The notes under the pieces are model-generated. The model ran no database searches. It saw only the letters and a list, made by a program, of their open reading frames with translations, and was not told the origin of the DNA. Made by a program: the position numbers and the translations under genes. Of a stretch of DNA of 64,000 nt, positions 54,277 through 62,847 are shown piece by piece. Each line of letters begins with the position of its first letter. The first letter of the stretch is position 1. Source of the stretch: an uncultured Myxococcales bacterium (lineage in GTDB: Bacteria > Myxococcota_A > UBA9160 > SZUA-336); assembly GCA_964454165.1 (NCBI GenBank), contig CAYVQJ010000084.1, forward strand, positions 44,077 to 108,076, written 5' to 3'.

Positions 54277-54938
54277 GTGGGATCGCGCTTGCGGGTCGGA
54301 GTCTGGCGCCGCTCGTCGCGGCCCTCCTGGTGGCGCACGGGCCCGCCGGGGCGCAGGAGGTGCCACCCGACGAGTCCGCGCGCACAGCACAGCTCACGAT
54401 CGACGCCGTCTCCGGCAACCTGCTCGCGGTCTCGCCCGCGCTGACCGGGCGCGGGCCGGGTCCGAGCGACGAGAGCGCACAGGTCGCGGCGACGGTCGTC
54501 GACGAGGTGAACGGCGACTTTCTCTCGGCGCCGCCGCTCGGCACTTCGAAGGGCGCGATCGACCGCACGGCCGACGCGAACGCCACGCTCGTCGACGCCG
54601 TCAACGGCTCGCTGCTTTCGTCCGCGCCGAACTCGGCGAACCACGGCGCGGTGGACCACGCAGCCGACGTCGCCGCGACGTCCGTCGATGCGAACACGGG
54701 GGACTTGCTGAGCGCCCCGCCGACGTCGACGTCGCTTGCGAGTCAGGGCGCGCGCAACCACGCCGTCAACGTCGCGGCCATGGTGGTCGACGCCGTGCTG
54801 GGATCGCTCACCACAGCACCTGCTCAGTTCGTCTTCCCGGAGGTGCCGGTTCCTGCGCTCGCGCTCTGGTCCGCGCTTGCGCTCGGGGCTCTGCTCGTGG
54901 CCGGCGGCTGGCGCCGAGCGCGACGCGCAGCGTCCTGA
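54273..54938 (+). CDS. secreted tandem-repeat protein with PEP-CTERM-like C-terminal anchor
   Basis: Signal peptide MSGIALAGRSLAPLVAALLVAHGPAGAQE; four ~40-aa repeats (x-VD-A-VNG-x-LLSAPP...). C-terminus FPEVPVPALALWSALALGALLVAGGWRRARRAAS = P-E-x-P motif + TM helix + Arg cluster. Confidence 0.5.
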   Translation: MSGIALAGRSLAPLVAALLVAHGPAGAQEVPPDESARTAQLTIDAVSGNLLAVSPALTGRGPGPSDESAQVAATVVDEVNGDFLSAPPLGTSKGAIDRTADANATLVDAVNGSLLSSAPNSANHGAVDHAADVAATSVDANTGDLLSAPPTSTSLASQGARNHAVNVAAMVVDAVLGSLTTAPAQFVFPEVPVPALALWSALALGALLVAGGWRRARRAAS

Positions 54939-55135
54939 GCCGCGGCGCGCAGACAGGTTCGCGACGAGGAGCTGGCAGCAGCGGATCTTCGCCTCGTTCG
55001 CCGCGCCGATCGCGAGCCCGCGCGCGCGGCGCGAACCGCGCGCGCGTTCGGAAAGAACACGTCGGGCCCGGCCAGGTAGACGCGCAGAGGTCGGGCCATC
55101 GCGCGAGTCTACGCGCGGAGCGGTAGGCTCTCGCG

Positions 55136-56353
55136 ATGACCACCCCCCTCGCCGACGATCCCTGGAAGGGCGCTAACCCCGTCGACCCCGCGTTTCGGCG
55201 CGATCCGTATCCCGCGCTGGCCCGGCTGCGCGAGCTCGATCCGGTCAACGCCACGCCGTTCGGCGTCTGGCGGCTCACCCGCTACGACGACTGCGTGCGC
55301 CTGCTGCGCCACTCGGGCGCCGGCGTGCGCCGCTCCGATGGCACCACGATGCGCAGCGCCGCGATGCCAGAGCAGTTCGTCGACGAGTTCATGCTGCAGC
55401 GCGACCCGCCGGCGCACACGCGCTTGCGCAAGCTCGTCTCCAGGGCCTTCACGCCGCGTGCGGTCGAGCGGCTGCGGCCGCGCATCGAGGCGATCGCGCA
55501 CGAGCAGGTGGATGCCGCGCTGCGCCGCGGTCGCATGGACGCGATCGCCGACTTAGCACTCCCGGTGCCTGCGACGCTGATCTGCGAGATGATGGGTGTG
55601 CCCGCCTCCGACCGCGACCGCTTCACCGAGTGGACCACGCGCACCACCCACTTGCTCGCCGCGCCGTTCCAGCCGCCCGACGTCGTCAAGGACGCGCTCG
55701 AGGCTGCCGGCGCGCTGCGGGGCTACTTCGAGGAGCGGATCGCCTCTCGCCGCGGCTCGCGCATCGACGACCTGCTCGGCGACCTGATCGCAGCGGAGGA
55801 AGAGGGTGATCGGCTCTCGCCGAGCGAGCTGCTCGCGCACGCTTCGGGCCTACTCGTTGCCGGCTTCGAGACCACGATCGGCCTCGTCGGCAACGGCATC
55901 CTCGCGCTGATCCGGAATCCCGCAGAGCAGGAGCGCCTGCGCGCGCAGCCCACGCTGCTGCCGGCCGCCGTCGAGGAGTGTTTGCGCTTCGACGGACCGA
56001 TCATGCTCACCGTGCGCATCCCGCGCGAGGACCTCGAGATCGGCGGCAAGACCATCCCGAAGGACGCGACCGTGATGGCGATGCTCGCCGCGGCCAATCG
56101 CGATCCCGCGAAGTTCCCCGAGCCGGATCGCTTCGACGTCGGGCGCCGGCCCAACGAGCACCTGGCCTTCGGCGGCGGCGTGCACTTCTGCCTCGGCTCG
56201 CATCTGGCGCGGATGGAGGCCGAGATCGCGATCGGGACGCTGCTCGCGCGCACCAAGAACCTGCGCTTGCAGGCACCCGACGCCGAGCTCGAGATGGGCG
56301 CGTCGCTCTTCCGCGTGCTGGCGCGCCTGCCGATCGCATTCGACGCGGCGTGA
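55136..56353 (+). CDS. cytochrome P450
   Basis: FGGGVHFCLGSHLARME heme loop, AGFETT I-helix, ECLRF. Confidence 0.9.
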   Translation: MTTPLADDPWKGANPVDPAFRRDPYPALARLRELDPVNATPFGVWRLTRYDDCVRLLRHSGAGVRRSDGTTMRSAAMPEQFVDEFMLQRDPPAHTRLRKLVSRAFTPRAVERLRPRIEAIAHEQVDAALRRGRMDAIADLALPVPATLICEMMGVPASDRDRFTEWTTRTTHLLAAPFQPPDVVKDALEAAGALRGYFEERIASRRGSRIDDLLGDLIAAEEEGDRLSPSELLAHASGLLVAGFETTIGLVGNGILALIRNPAEQERLRAQPTLLPAAVEECLRFDGPIMLTVRIPREDLEIGGKTIPKDATVMAMLAAANRDPAKFPEPDRFDVGRRPNEHLAFGGGVHFCLGSHLARMEAEIAIGTLLARTKNLRLQAPDAELEMGASLFRVLARLPIAFDAA

Positions 56354-56381
56354 CGCGACGCGCGCTGGTAGGCTGTCGTCG

Positions 56382-56990
56382 ATGTCGATCCTGGTGGCGC
56401 GGCACGGCGAGACGGAGCTGAATGCCGCGCGCGTGCTGCAGCACCCGGGCACGCCGCTCTCGCAGCGCGGGATCGCACAGGCGGATCGCCTCGCGGAGCG
56501 GCTCGAGCCGCTCGGCGTGGAGCGCATCCTGTCGAGCGACTACGCGCGTGCGCGCATGACCGCGGAGCGGCTCGCGGCGCGCTTCGGGGTGCCGATCGAA
56601 GTCGATCCGCTGCTGCGCGAGCGCAACTTCGGCGACGTGCGCGGCCGACCGTACAGCGAGCTGCCGCCAGACCTGTTCGGACCCGATTACGAACCGCCCG
56701 GTGGCGAGACCTGGGCCCAGTTCTTCGGGCGCGTCGATGCAGCCTGGCAGCGCGTCGCGCGCGTCGCGAGCGCCACGCCGGGGAATCTCGCGGTGATCAC
56801 GCACGGTCTGGTCTGCGCCGGATTCGTCGAGCGCCACCTGCGTCGGCCCGACGCTGCACCGACCCCGCGCGGCTGGGGCAACACATCACTGACGATCGCC
56901 GAGAGCGCTCCCCCCTGGGCCATCCGTGTCTTGAACTGCACCGCTCACCTCGACGCCGCGACCCTCGCCCCCGAGGGCGGCCGCGCCTAG
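56382..56990 (+). CDS. histidine phosphatase (phosphoglycerate-mutase-like) family protein
   Basis: N-terminal ILVARHGETELN = RHG catalytic motif. Confidence 0.85.
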   Translation: MSILVARHGETELNAARVLQHPGTPLSQRGIAQADRLAERLEPLGVERILSSDYARARMTAERLAARFGVPIEVDPLLRERNFGDVRGRPYSELPPDLFGPDYEPPGGETWAQFFGRVDAAWQRVARVASATPGNLAVITHGLVCAGFVERHLRRPDAAPTPRGWGNTSLTIAESAPPWAIRVLNCTAHLDAATLAPEGGRA

Positions 56991-57193
56991 AGAGGCGGCA
57001 GCTCCGATGCGAGGCTCGAGCCTTGCGGCCGTGCCAGGACGGTGGCCTTGGAACGGCAGGTTGCCACCGAATTGCAGCTTGACTTTCTCACTTGAACTCG
57101 CGACAAGAGTTGCAGAGCCAGATCGAGGCCGCATGGCGTCGGTCGGCACTCGGCGGCATCAAGGAAATGACCGGGCGCCGGGAGGTAGAGGGA

Positions 57194-57811
57194 ATGGAGA
57201 GAGGACTGATTCGCGATCTGCGGGTGTACCTTGTCGCTGCCGCGCTGGGCACGCTAAGCGGTGGATTCGCGTCGGCACAAGACAATCAGCCGCAGGGCCC
57301 CCAGCTCCCGAAGGCGGCACTCAGCACCTCAAGCGGCGCAGCCTCTGCCCCCGCGCCTCGACCAAGAGAGCTCACGCTTCCGAAGAGGGGGGTTCTTCGT
57401 AGCGCCACTATCGTCGGCCGCAGCGGGGACCCGATCGAGCTAGAGGCGTTGTCGGAGAGCGACCGGCAGCAGGTCCTACGAAGCCTCGGTGCCGGGATGT
57501 CCCCGAGCGAGATCGACCAGCATCGAGCGTACGTCGCTGACCTCTACCAACTCGGCGGGATTTCGCAGGGTACGTGGGAATACACAGCCGGGCGCCAGTG
57601 CATGTACGGACCAGCACCAGCGCCGGTGGGTGTGACAGAGGACAAGCTCAAGAGGATCGTGGACCAGAACCGCAACCTCCCCGCCCGCGACCTGTGGAAG
57701 TTGGTGATGTCACTGCCTCCGGAGACACCGACCACGGCGGAACCCCGCCCCTTGATCGTCCGCCTCGGCGCGCCCGACGGCCCGAATTGCGTGGGACTCT
57801 CCGAGCGGTGA
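57194..57811 (+). CDS. secreted hypothetical protein (lower-GC islet)
   Basis: RBS GGGAGG before ATG 57194; signal peptide MERGLIRDLRVYLVAAALGTLSGGFASAQD. ~63% GC vs ~72% background; stop overlaps the next start (GTGA). Confidence 0.5.
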   Translation: MERGLIRDLRVYLVAAALGTLSGGFASAQDNQPQGPQLPKAALSTSSGAASAPAPRPRELTLPKRGVLRSATIVGRSGDPIELEALSESDRQQVLRSLGAGMSPSEIDQHRAYVADLYQLGGISQGTWEYTAGRQCMYGPAPAPVGVTEDKLKRIVDQNRNLPARDLWKLVMSLPPETPTTAEPRPLIVRLGAPDGPNCVGLSER

Positions 57812-59724
57812 TTTACGTCCTCCTCTTCGCAATCGGTGCGTTGTTGCCGCTGAGCGCTCGCGCCGAATGCACTTCTGACCCATGGATCGACGGGCTGCGG
57901 CTTCCGGGCCTCGGAGGGCGACAATTCCCTGCGTTGACGAGCTTCGGCGTTATCGGATTAGTTCCAAACGCGCCCACGCCACTTCAGTGGGGGGACGCTC
58001 GCGTGTGGGCCGAGTCTGTCTTCGTACATGACGACCCTTTCTCCGTGACCTGGCAAGACTCAGCGTGCTGTATCTGGTTCACGAATCCCATTCCAGTTGG
58101 GACCTTTACTGACCCCTATTGCACGTTCATCGACGCTGTAAGCAATGAGGTTTGCACCCCCGGGTACGATGGCTGGATCGTAGTTGTCTCTGGGTGGGAC
58201 TTTACTTGGTGCCCGGGGACGGACATGTGCCTGGCCGACGCTGCCGACGGAAGCCGTGTGCTGTACGTAAAGGCCGGCTCGCTTCCGTACAGCCCGCCGG
58301 AATCTGGTCTCGGAAACGTCGTAGCTACGGGCATCGGCTGGCTGTTCGCTGGGCTGCCGTTCTCCCAGTTCATTGACGACACCATGCTCTCCCTCGCCGC
58401 CAGCGATGAGGGGAACGAGACGATCACGGTCTCTCAGTGTGCCGCGCTTCGGGGTGGGATGGGACGCGAACTTGGAACAACGTGCCTTTGCGCTCTCGAT
58501 CCGATCCCAAGCGTACCACCGAATAACGGTGCACCGTGCCAGTGCCCGTACTTCGAGCAGCCTCCCCAGGTGTGGGCCTGCCTCGACGGCAGGTGCACGA
58601 CGTTCTACGAAGTTCCGGCGCCGGATTGCCTGTGCATGTTGGGCGACAGCGACAGCGACGGAATCTGCAGCAATGGTGATTGCATCGGTGGCGCTTGCAC
58701 GGCGACGTCGTTTGAAGTCGCCCCGGAAAATCCTCGATGCGCCTGTCTGAACGGGATGTCAGAGGGACCTGGCGGTGTACCGCCGCCCCCCTGCGACGAT
58801 AACTGCAGGTCTGTGTCGAACGGAGGGCAAGCGGATCAAGATAACGACCAGGTCGGCGATGCGTGCGACAACTGCCCGAGCTTCTACAACAGCGACCAGG
58901 TGAACCGCCACGGGGGCGGGCCTGGGGATGCGTGCGACGACCCCGATGGGGATGGGTTAACCGACAAGACTGAGCTGACATCCTCCCTAACTAACCCGGA
59001 CGATGCTGATACAGACAATGACGGGATCGTTGATGGGATCGAATTTCTGGGACCGGACGGAAGCCCCGGGACAGGAGATGAGTCCAACCCACTGCTGAGT
59101 GACTCGGACGGGGATTCAGTTCCAGACGGGACGGACAACTGCCGCACGATCGCGAACGTGTCGCAAGCGAACTTCGACGGGGATGCGCTGGGAGATGCCT
59201 GCGACGCGTGCGCCACTCTCGCCGATCTCGGCACGGACCCAGATATGGACGGGGTCGACTCCGCATGTGACACGTGCACGTCCACTTTTAATCTGAGACT
59301 GCAGGGTACGCCCGGCGCGAACCGGACGCGCATGAGTGGCCAGGCAGATGACGATGCGGATGGCCGCGGTAACTCGTGTGACTTCGACTACGATAATGCC
59401 GGTGCTGTGATCATTGCGGCTGATTTCAATCAGATTAAGGCGTCTGTAGGTAAACTCGTATCTGCGTCGAATTGCGGTGCCGCACCCACGGATAACCAAC
59501 GCTGTGGCGAGTTCGACCACGATCAGGCGGGAGCGGCCGTGAGTGCCGGCGACTTCAACCAGGCAAAGGGCGCCGTGGGGAAGGTGATTAGTACAACGTA
59601 TCCGAAATGCGCAGCGTGCAGTGTCGGCACCGGCTGGTCTAATGTGCTTGGCAGCGGCGGCGAACGAATCGGTCGACCGGTCTGTGAATCGGCGGTTGCC
59701 GGTGCCTGCCAGTATGCGCCGTAG
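57808..59724 (+). CDS. secreted Cys-rich thrombospondin-type-3-repeat protein; paralog (C-terminal ~200 aa) of 27788-30946
   Basis: Signal peptide VIYVLLFAIGALLPLSARA. TSP3-like DxDxDG repeats. C-terminal domain near-colinear with the 27788 gene (NFDGDALGDACDAC...DDDADGRGNSCDFDYDN...CGEFDHD...AGDFNQAK...CAACSVGTGWSNVLG...GRPVCESAVAGACQYAP). ~57-58% GC. Confidence 0.7.
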   Translation: MIYVLLFAIGALLPLSARAECTSDPWIDGLRLPGLGGRQFPALTSFGVIGLVPNAPTPLQWGDARVWAESVFVHDDPFSVTWQDSACCIWFTNPIPVGTFTDPYCTFIDAVSNEVCTPGYDGWIVVVSGWDFTWCPGTDMCLADAADGSRVLYVKAGSLPYSPPESGLGNVVATGIGWLFAGLPFSQFIDDTMLSLAASDEGNETITVSQCAALRGGMGRELGTTCLCALDPIPSVPPNNGAPCQCPYFEQPPQVWACLDGRCTTFYEVPAPDCLCMLGDSDSDGICSNGDCIGGACTATSFEVAPENPRCACLNGMSEGPGGVPPPPCDDNCRSVSNGGQADQDNDQVGDACDNCPSFYNSDQVNRHGGGPGDACDDPDGDGLTDKTELTSSLTNPDDADTDNDGIVDGIEFLGPDGSPGTGDESNPLLSDSDGDSVPDGTDNCRTIANVSQANFDGDALGDACDACATLADLGTDPDMDGVDSACDTCTSTFNLRLQGTPGANRTRMSGQADDDADGRGNSCDFDYDNAGAVIIAADFNQIKASVGKLVSASNCGAAPTDNQRCGEFDHDQAGAAVSAGDFNQAKGAVGKVISTTYPKCAACSVGTGWSNVLGSGGERIGRPVCESAVAGACQYAP

Positions 59725-59787
59725 ACTGGGGGACGTCCGATGCACGGATGGTGGGGTGCATACCTCAGCACCTCGATCGGCTGCTCC

Positions 59788-60875
59788 TAGTGTCCCGCAA
59801 CTGAAGTTGGGTGAATTAACTTCGAGTCTGGCCCGTCCCCCATGCGAGCTGCTCTCATGGAGGACCACCGATGGCTCGAGGACGACCCAAGGCCCCGCTC
59901 TCGCGCTCGGACGATGAACGTCGCGTGCTCGAGGGCTACACGCGCCAGCGCGAGATCGCCCAGCAACTGGCGCTGCGCGCCCGCATCGTGCTCGGCTGCG
60001 CCGCGGGAGCGGAGAACGAGGCCGTCGGCGAGAAGCTCGGCGTGCATCCCGTGACGGTCGGCGAATGGCGGGCGCGCTTCCTGCGCGACCGGCTCCGGGG
60101 TTTGTCCGACGCACCCCGTTCCGGCGCCCCGCGCAGCATGAGCGACGAGCAGGTGGAGCGCGTCGTGAAGCTCACGCTGGAGGCGACGCCGCGCAATGCG
60201 ACGCTCTCGCTGCAGCCGCATCGCGTCGAGAGCTTCCGGCTCTCCAACGATCCCACCTGAACGGGCGATGGTGCTGTGCGTCGACGAGAAGTCGCAGATC
60301 CAGGCGCTCGATCGCACGCAGCCGATGCTGCCGCTGCGTCCGGGCCAGCCGGGGCGGCGCAGCCACGACTACCGACGCCACGGCACCACCTCGTTGTTCG
60401 CCGCACTCGACGTGGCCTCGGGGTCCGTGCTGGGCAAGTGCTACCGGCGGCACCGCTCCCAGGAGTTCCTCGACTTCCTCAAGCGAATCGACAGCGCCGT
60501 GCCCGTCGGGCTCGACCTGCACCTGATCCTCGACAACTACTCCACGCACAAGACCGAGAAGGTGAGGAGCTGGCTGGCCCGCCATCCCCGCTTCCAGCTG
60601 CACTTCACGCCGACCTACAGCTCCTGGATCAACCTCGTCGAGCGCTTCTTCGCACTGCTCTCGGAGCAGTGGCTCAAGCGCGGCGCGCACCGCAGCACCT
60701 TCGAGCTGGAGCAGGCGATCCTGCACTACATCGAGCATGGCAACCGCAACCCCAAGCCGTTCGTCTGGACCAAGACCGCCGACCAGATCCTCGAGACGAT
60801 CGCCCGCTTCTGCCAGGGCACCCTCGCCGCGCACGCGCCCGATTCACTCAAGCGAACTTCAGGCACGGGACACTA
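59788..60875. mobile_element. IS630-family insertion sequence (~1.09 kb) with imperfect terminal inverted repeats and flanking TA
   Basis: Left end TA|GTGTCCCGcaaCTGAAGTT... at 59788; right end ...AACTTCAGgcaCGGGACAC|TA at 60875 (reverse complement matches the left end 18/22). TA target duplication is typical of IS630/Tc1-mariner. Encodes the two transposase ORFs below. Confidence 0.8.
59871..60260 (+). CDS. IS630-family transposase, N-terminal HTH part (frame 0)
   Basis: HTH region and HRVESFRLSNDP, resembling the conserved IS630 KPHRVETFKLSTDP segment. Appears to lack ~20 aa of the second HTH relative to typical family members (from memory of the family). Confidence 0.7.
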   Translation: MARGRPKAPLSRSDDERRVLEGYTRQREIAQQLALRARIVLGCAAGAENEAVGEKLGVHPVTVGEWRARFLRDRLRGLSDAPRSGAPRSMSDEQVERVVKLTLEATPRNATLSLQPHRVESFRLSNDPT

Positions 60876-60876
60876 G
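60196..60876 (+). CDS. IS630-family transposase, DDE catalytic part (frame +1 relative to N-terminal ORF)
   Basis: VLCVDEKSQIQALDRTQP, ILDNYSTHK, TPTYSSWINLVERFFA = DDE motifs of IS630 transposases. Frame change relative to the N-terminal ORF occurs ~60240-60265. Confidence 0.8.
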   Translation: MRRSRCSRIASRASGSPTIPPERAMVLCVDEKSQIQALDRTQPMLPLRPGQPGRRSHDYRRHGTTSLFAALDVASGSVLGKCYRRHRSQEFLDFLKRIDSAVPVGLDLHLILDNYSTHKTEKVRSWLARHPRFQLHFTPTYSSWINLVERFFALLSEQWLKRGAHRSTFELEQAILHYIEHGNRNPKPFVWTKTADQILETIARFCQGTLAAHAPDSLKRTSGTGH

Positions 60877-60895
60877 GACCTCCGCCGTGGGCGAG

Positions 60896-61765
60896 ATGGA
60901 TGGCAAGCAAGTAGTCGTGACCGGGGCCACGTCCGGGATCGGACGCGTCACCGCGAAGGCGCTCGCGCGCAAGGGAGCCGCGCTTGCGATCGTCTGCCGC
61001 GACGCGGCGAAGGGCCACGCGCTGGCCGCGGAGATCCGCTCCGGCTCGGCCGAGCCGAGGGTGGACGTGTTCTTGGCCGATCTCTCGAAGCAGGCCGACG
61101 TGCGCCGCGTCGCCGTGGAGCTGCTCGAGCGCTGCCCCCGGATCGACGTGCTCGTGAACAATGCTGGCATCGTGAACGTGCGCCGCGAGCTCACCGACGA
61201 CGGTCTCGAGGCGACCTTCGCGACCAATCACCTGGCGTATTACCTGCTCACGCGGCTGCTGCTGGAGCGCCTCGTCGCGTCGGCGCCCGCGCGGATCGTC
61301 AACGTGGCTTCCGACGCGCACCGCTTCGGAACGCTCGACCCTGACGACCTGCAGAACGCGAAGCGCTACCGCAGCATGTCCGTCTACGGCCAGTCGAAGC
61401 TTTGCAATCTGCTGTTCAGCTACGAGCTGGCGCGGCGGCTCGAGGGGACCGGCGTGACGGTGAACGCGCTCCACCCGGGCACAGTGCGAACCGGGCTCGG
61501 GCGCAACAACGGCGGCCTGCTCGGGCTCTTGCCCGCGATCCTCGGGCTCTTCTTCCGCACGCCGGAGAAGGGCGCGCAGACGTCGATCTGGCTGGCCTCG
61601 TCGCCCGACGTGAAGGATGTCTCGGGCAAGTACTTCTACGACCTGCGCGAGCACCGCTCGAACGACGCGTCGCGCGACCGCGAGCTCTCGCGGCGGCTAT
61701 GGGACGAGAGCGCCAGACTCGTCGGGCTTCAGTCGTCCAGCCCCGGCATGCGGACGGGGGCGTAG
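60896..61765 (+). CDS. SDR-family oxidoreductase (retinol-dehydrogenase-like)
   Basis: VTGATSGIG, NNAG, YGQSK (Y-x-x-x-K). The IS630 right end lies ~20 bp upstream of its start codon. Confidence 0.85.
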   Translation: MDGKQVVVTGATSGIGRVTAKALARKGAALAIVCRDAAKGHALAAEIRSGSAEPRVDVFLADLSKQADVRRVAVELLERCPRIDVLVNNAGIVNVRRELTDDGLEATFATNHLAYYLLTRLLLERLVASAPARIVNVASDAHRFGTLDPDDLQNAKRYRSMSVYGQSKLCNLLFSYELARRLEGTGVTVNALHPGTVRTGLGRNNGGLLGLLPAILGLFFRTPEKGAQTSIWLASSPDVKDVSGKYFYDLREHRSNDASRDRELSRRLWDESARLVGLQSSSPGMRTGA

Positions 61766-62847
61766 TAGCGGCGCTCGCCGAGCGCGTCGACGCGCCCCCA
61801 GAACTCGGGACCGCCCGCGGCCATCGGGTCGCCGAGCGCCAGACGCTGCCGGAAGAAGCACCAGCTCTCGGGCCGCAGGCGCACGGCTTCCTCGAGGAAC
61901 GGCGCGGCCTCGGTCGCGCGGCCGTGTGCGTGAAGCCACTGGCCGAGCCGGAAGCTCGCGGTCGCGCGCGCGTCGTCGTTGCTCGGCGCCGCCAGGCGGT
62001 CGCGCGCTTCCGTGGGCGCGACCACGTAAGGGCTCTCCGCCCCGAGCCGCACCCAGTCGCGGATCGCGTCGTGGTACACCGCACGGCGTCGCCCGTACTC
62101 GGCGATCACGTCGGGCGCGAGCGCGAACGTCTTCCGGTCCATCGCGCGGAAGCCGTCGAAGGCGCTCGAGGGCTCGGGCGGGCGCACGATCCGGCCCTGC
62201 TCGTCGATCCAGACTGCGATCGGCACGTTCAGCATGTCGTAGAGCGCCGCGACGCGGTGCTCGCGATCCACGAGCGACGGATGCGTGGGCTTCGCGGCGC
62301 GAATCCACGGGCCCGCTGCGTCGGCTCCGGCGCTATCGAGCGCGACGGTGATCGGGACGAAGCCCTGCGGTCCGAGCTCCGCGTACAGTGCCTGCCACCC
62401 GGGCAGGTCCATGCGGCAGCCTCACCACGAGGCCCAGCTCACCACGATCACCTTCTTGCCGCGGTGATCGGACAGGCGATGCGTGCGGCCGTCCAGGTCG
62501 GGGAGCTCGAAGTCGGGCGCTTCGAGGGACGCGAGCGCGGCGCGCCGGTCCCCGCTGGCTTCCCCGATCGACCACACGTCGCCCGACGTCGTGCGCAGCA
62601 GCGGCTGCCTGCGCTGGCGCGCCAGAGCGGCGAGATCGAAGCTGCGCTCGGGGCCGGCGCCGCGCACGAATTCGGCCTCGCGGCCCCGCGGCAGCGGTAC
62701 GCAGAGCGAGCCGCGGCAGGCGCCCTCGGGCTTCAAGGTCCAGCCGGACGCCACCTCGAGCTCTTCGAGCGGGATCCAGAGCGACTCGCCGTCGACGCGC
62801 GCGCCCTTCGCGTGCCCGGTGCCCTCCTCGTTCAGGATCGTCGTCAT
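61729..62847 (-). CDS. TlpA/redoxin-like thioredoxin-fold protein interrupted by a single in-frame TGA at the active-site Cys position (selenoprotein candidate or pseudogene)
   Basis: ORFs 62422-62847 and 61729-62412 are in the same frame, separated only by TGA at 62422-62424. Read-through gives ...APDFELPDLDGRTHRLSDHRGKKVIVVSWASW-[TGA]-GCRMDLPGWQALYAELGPQGFVPITVALD..., colinear with TlpA/ResA WCxxC proteins. The TGA sits where the first Cys is expected; motif reads W-U-G-C, one residue shorter than canonical. Confidence 0.5.

Noticed and set aside
54808-55278. 156-aa minus-strand ORF between the repeat protein and the P450 gene
   Set aside because: Overlaps the 3' end of the repeat-protein gene in antisense and has Arg/Ala-rich run-on composition. 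The 54939-55135 region is more likely intergenic.
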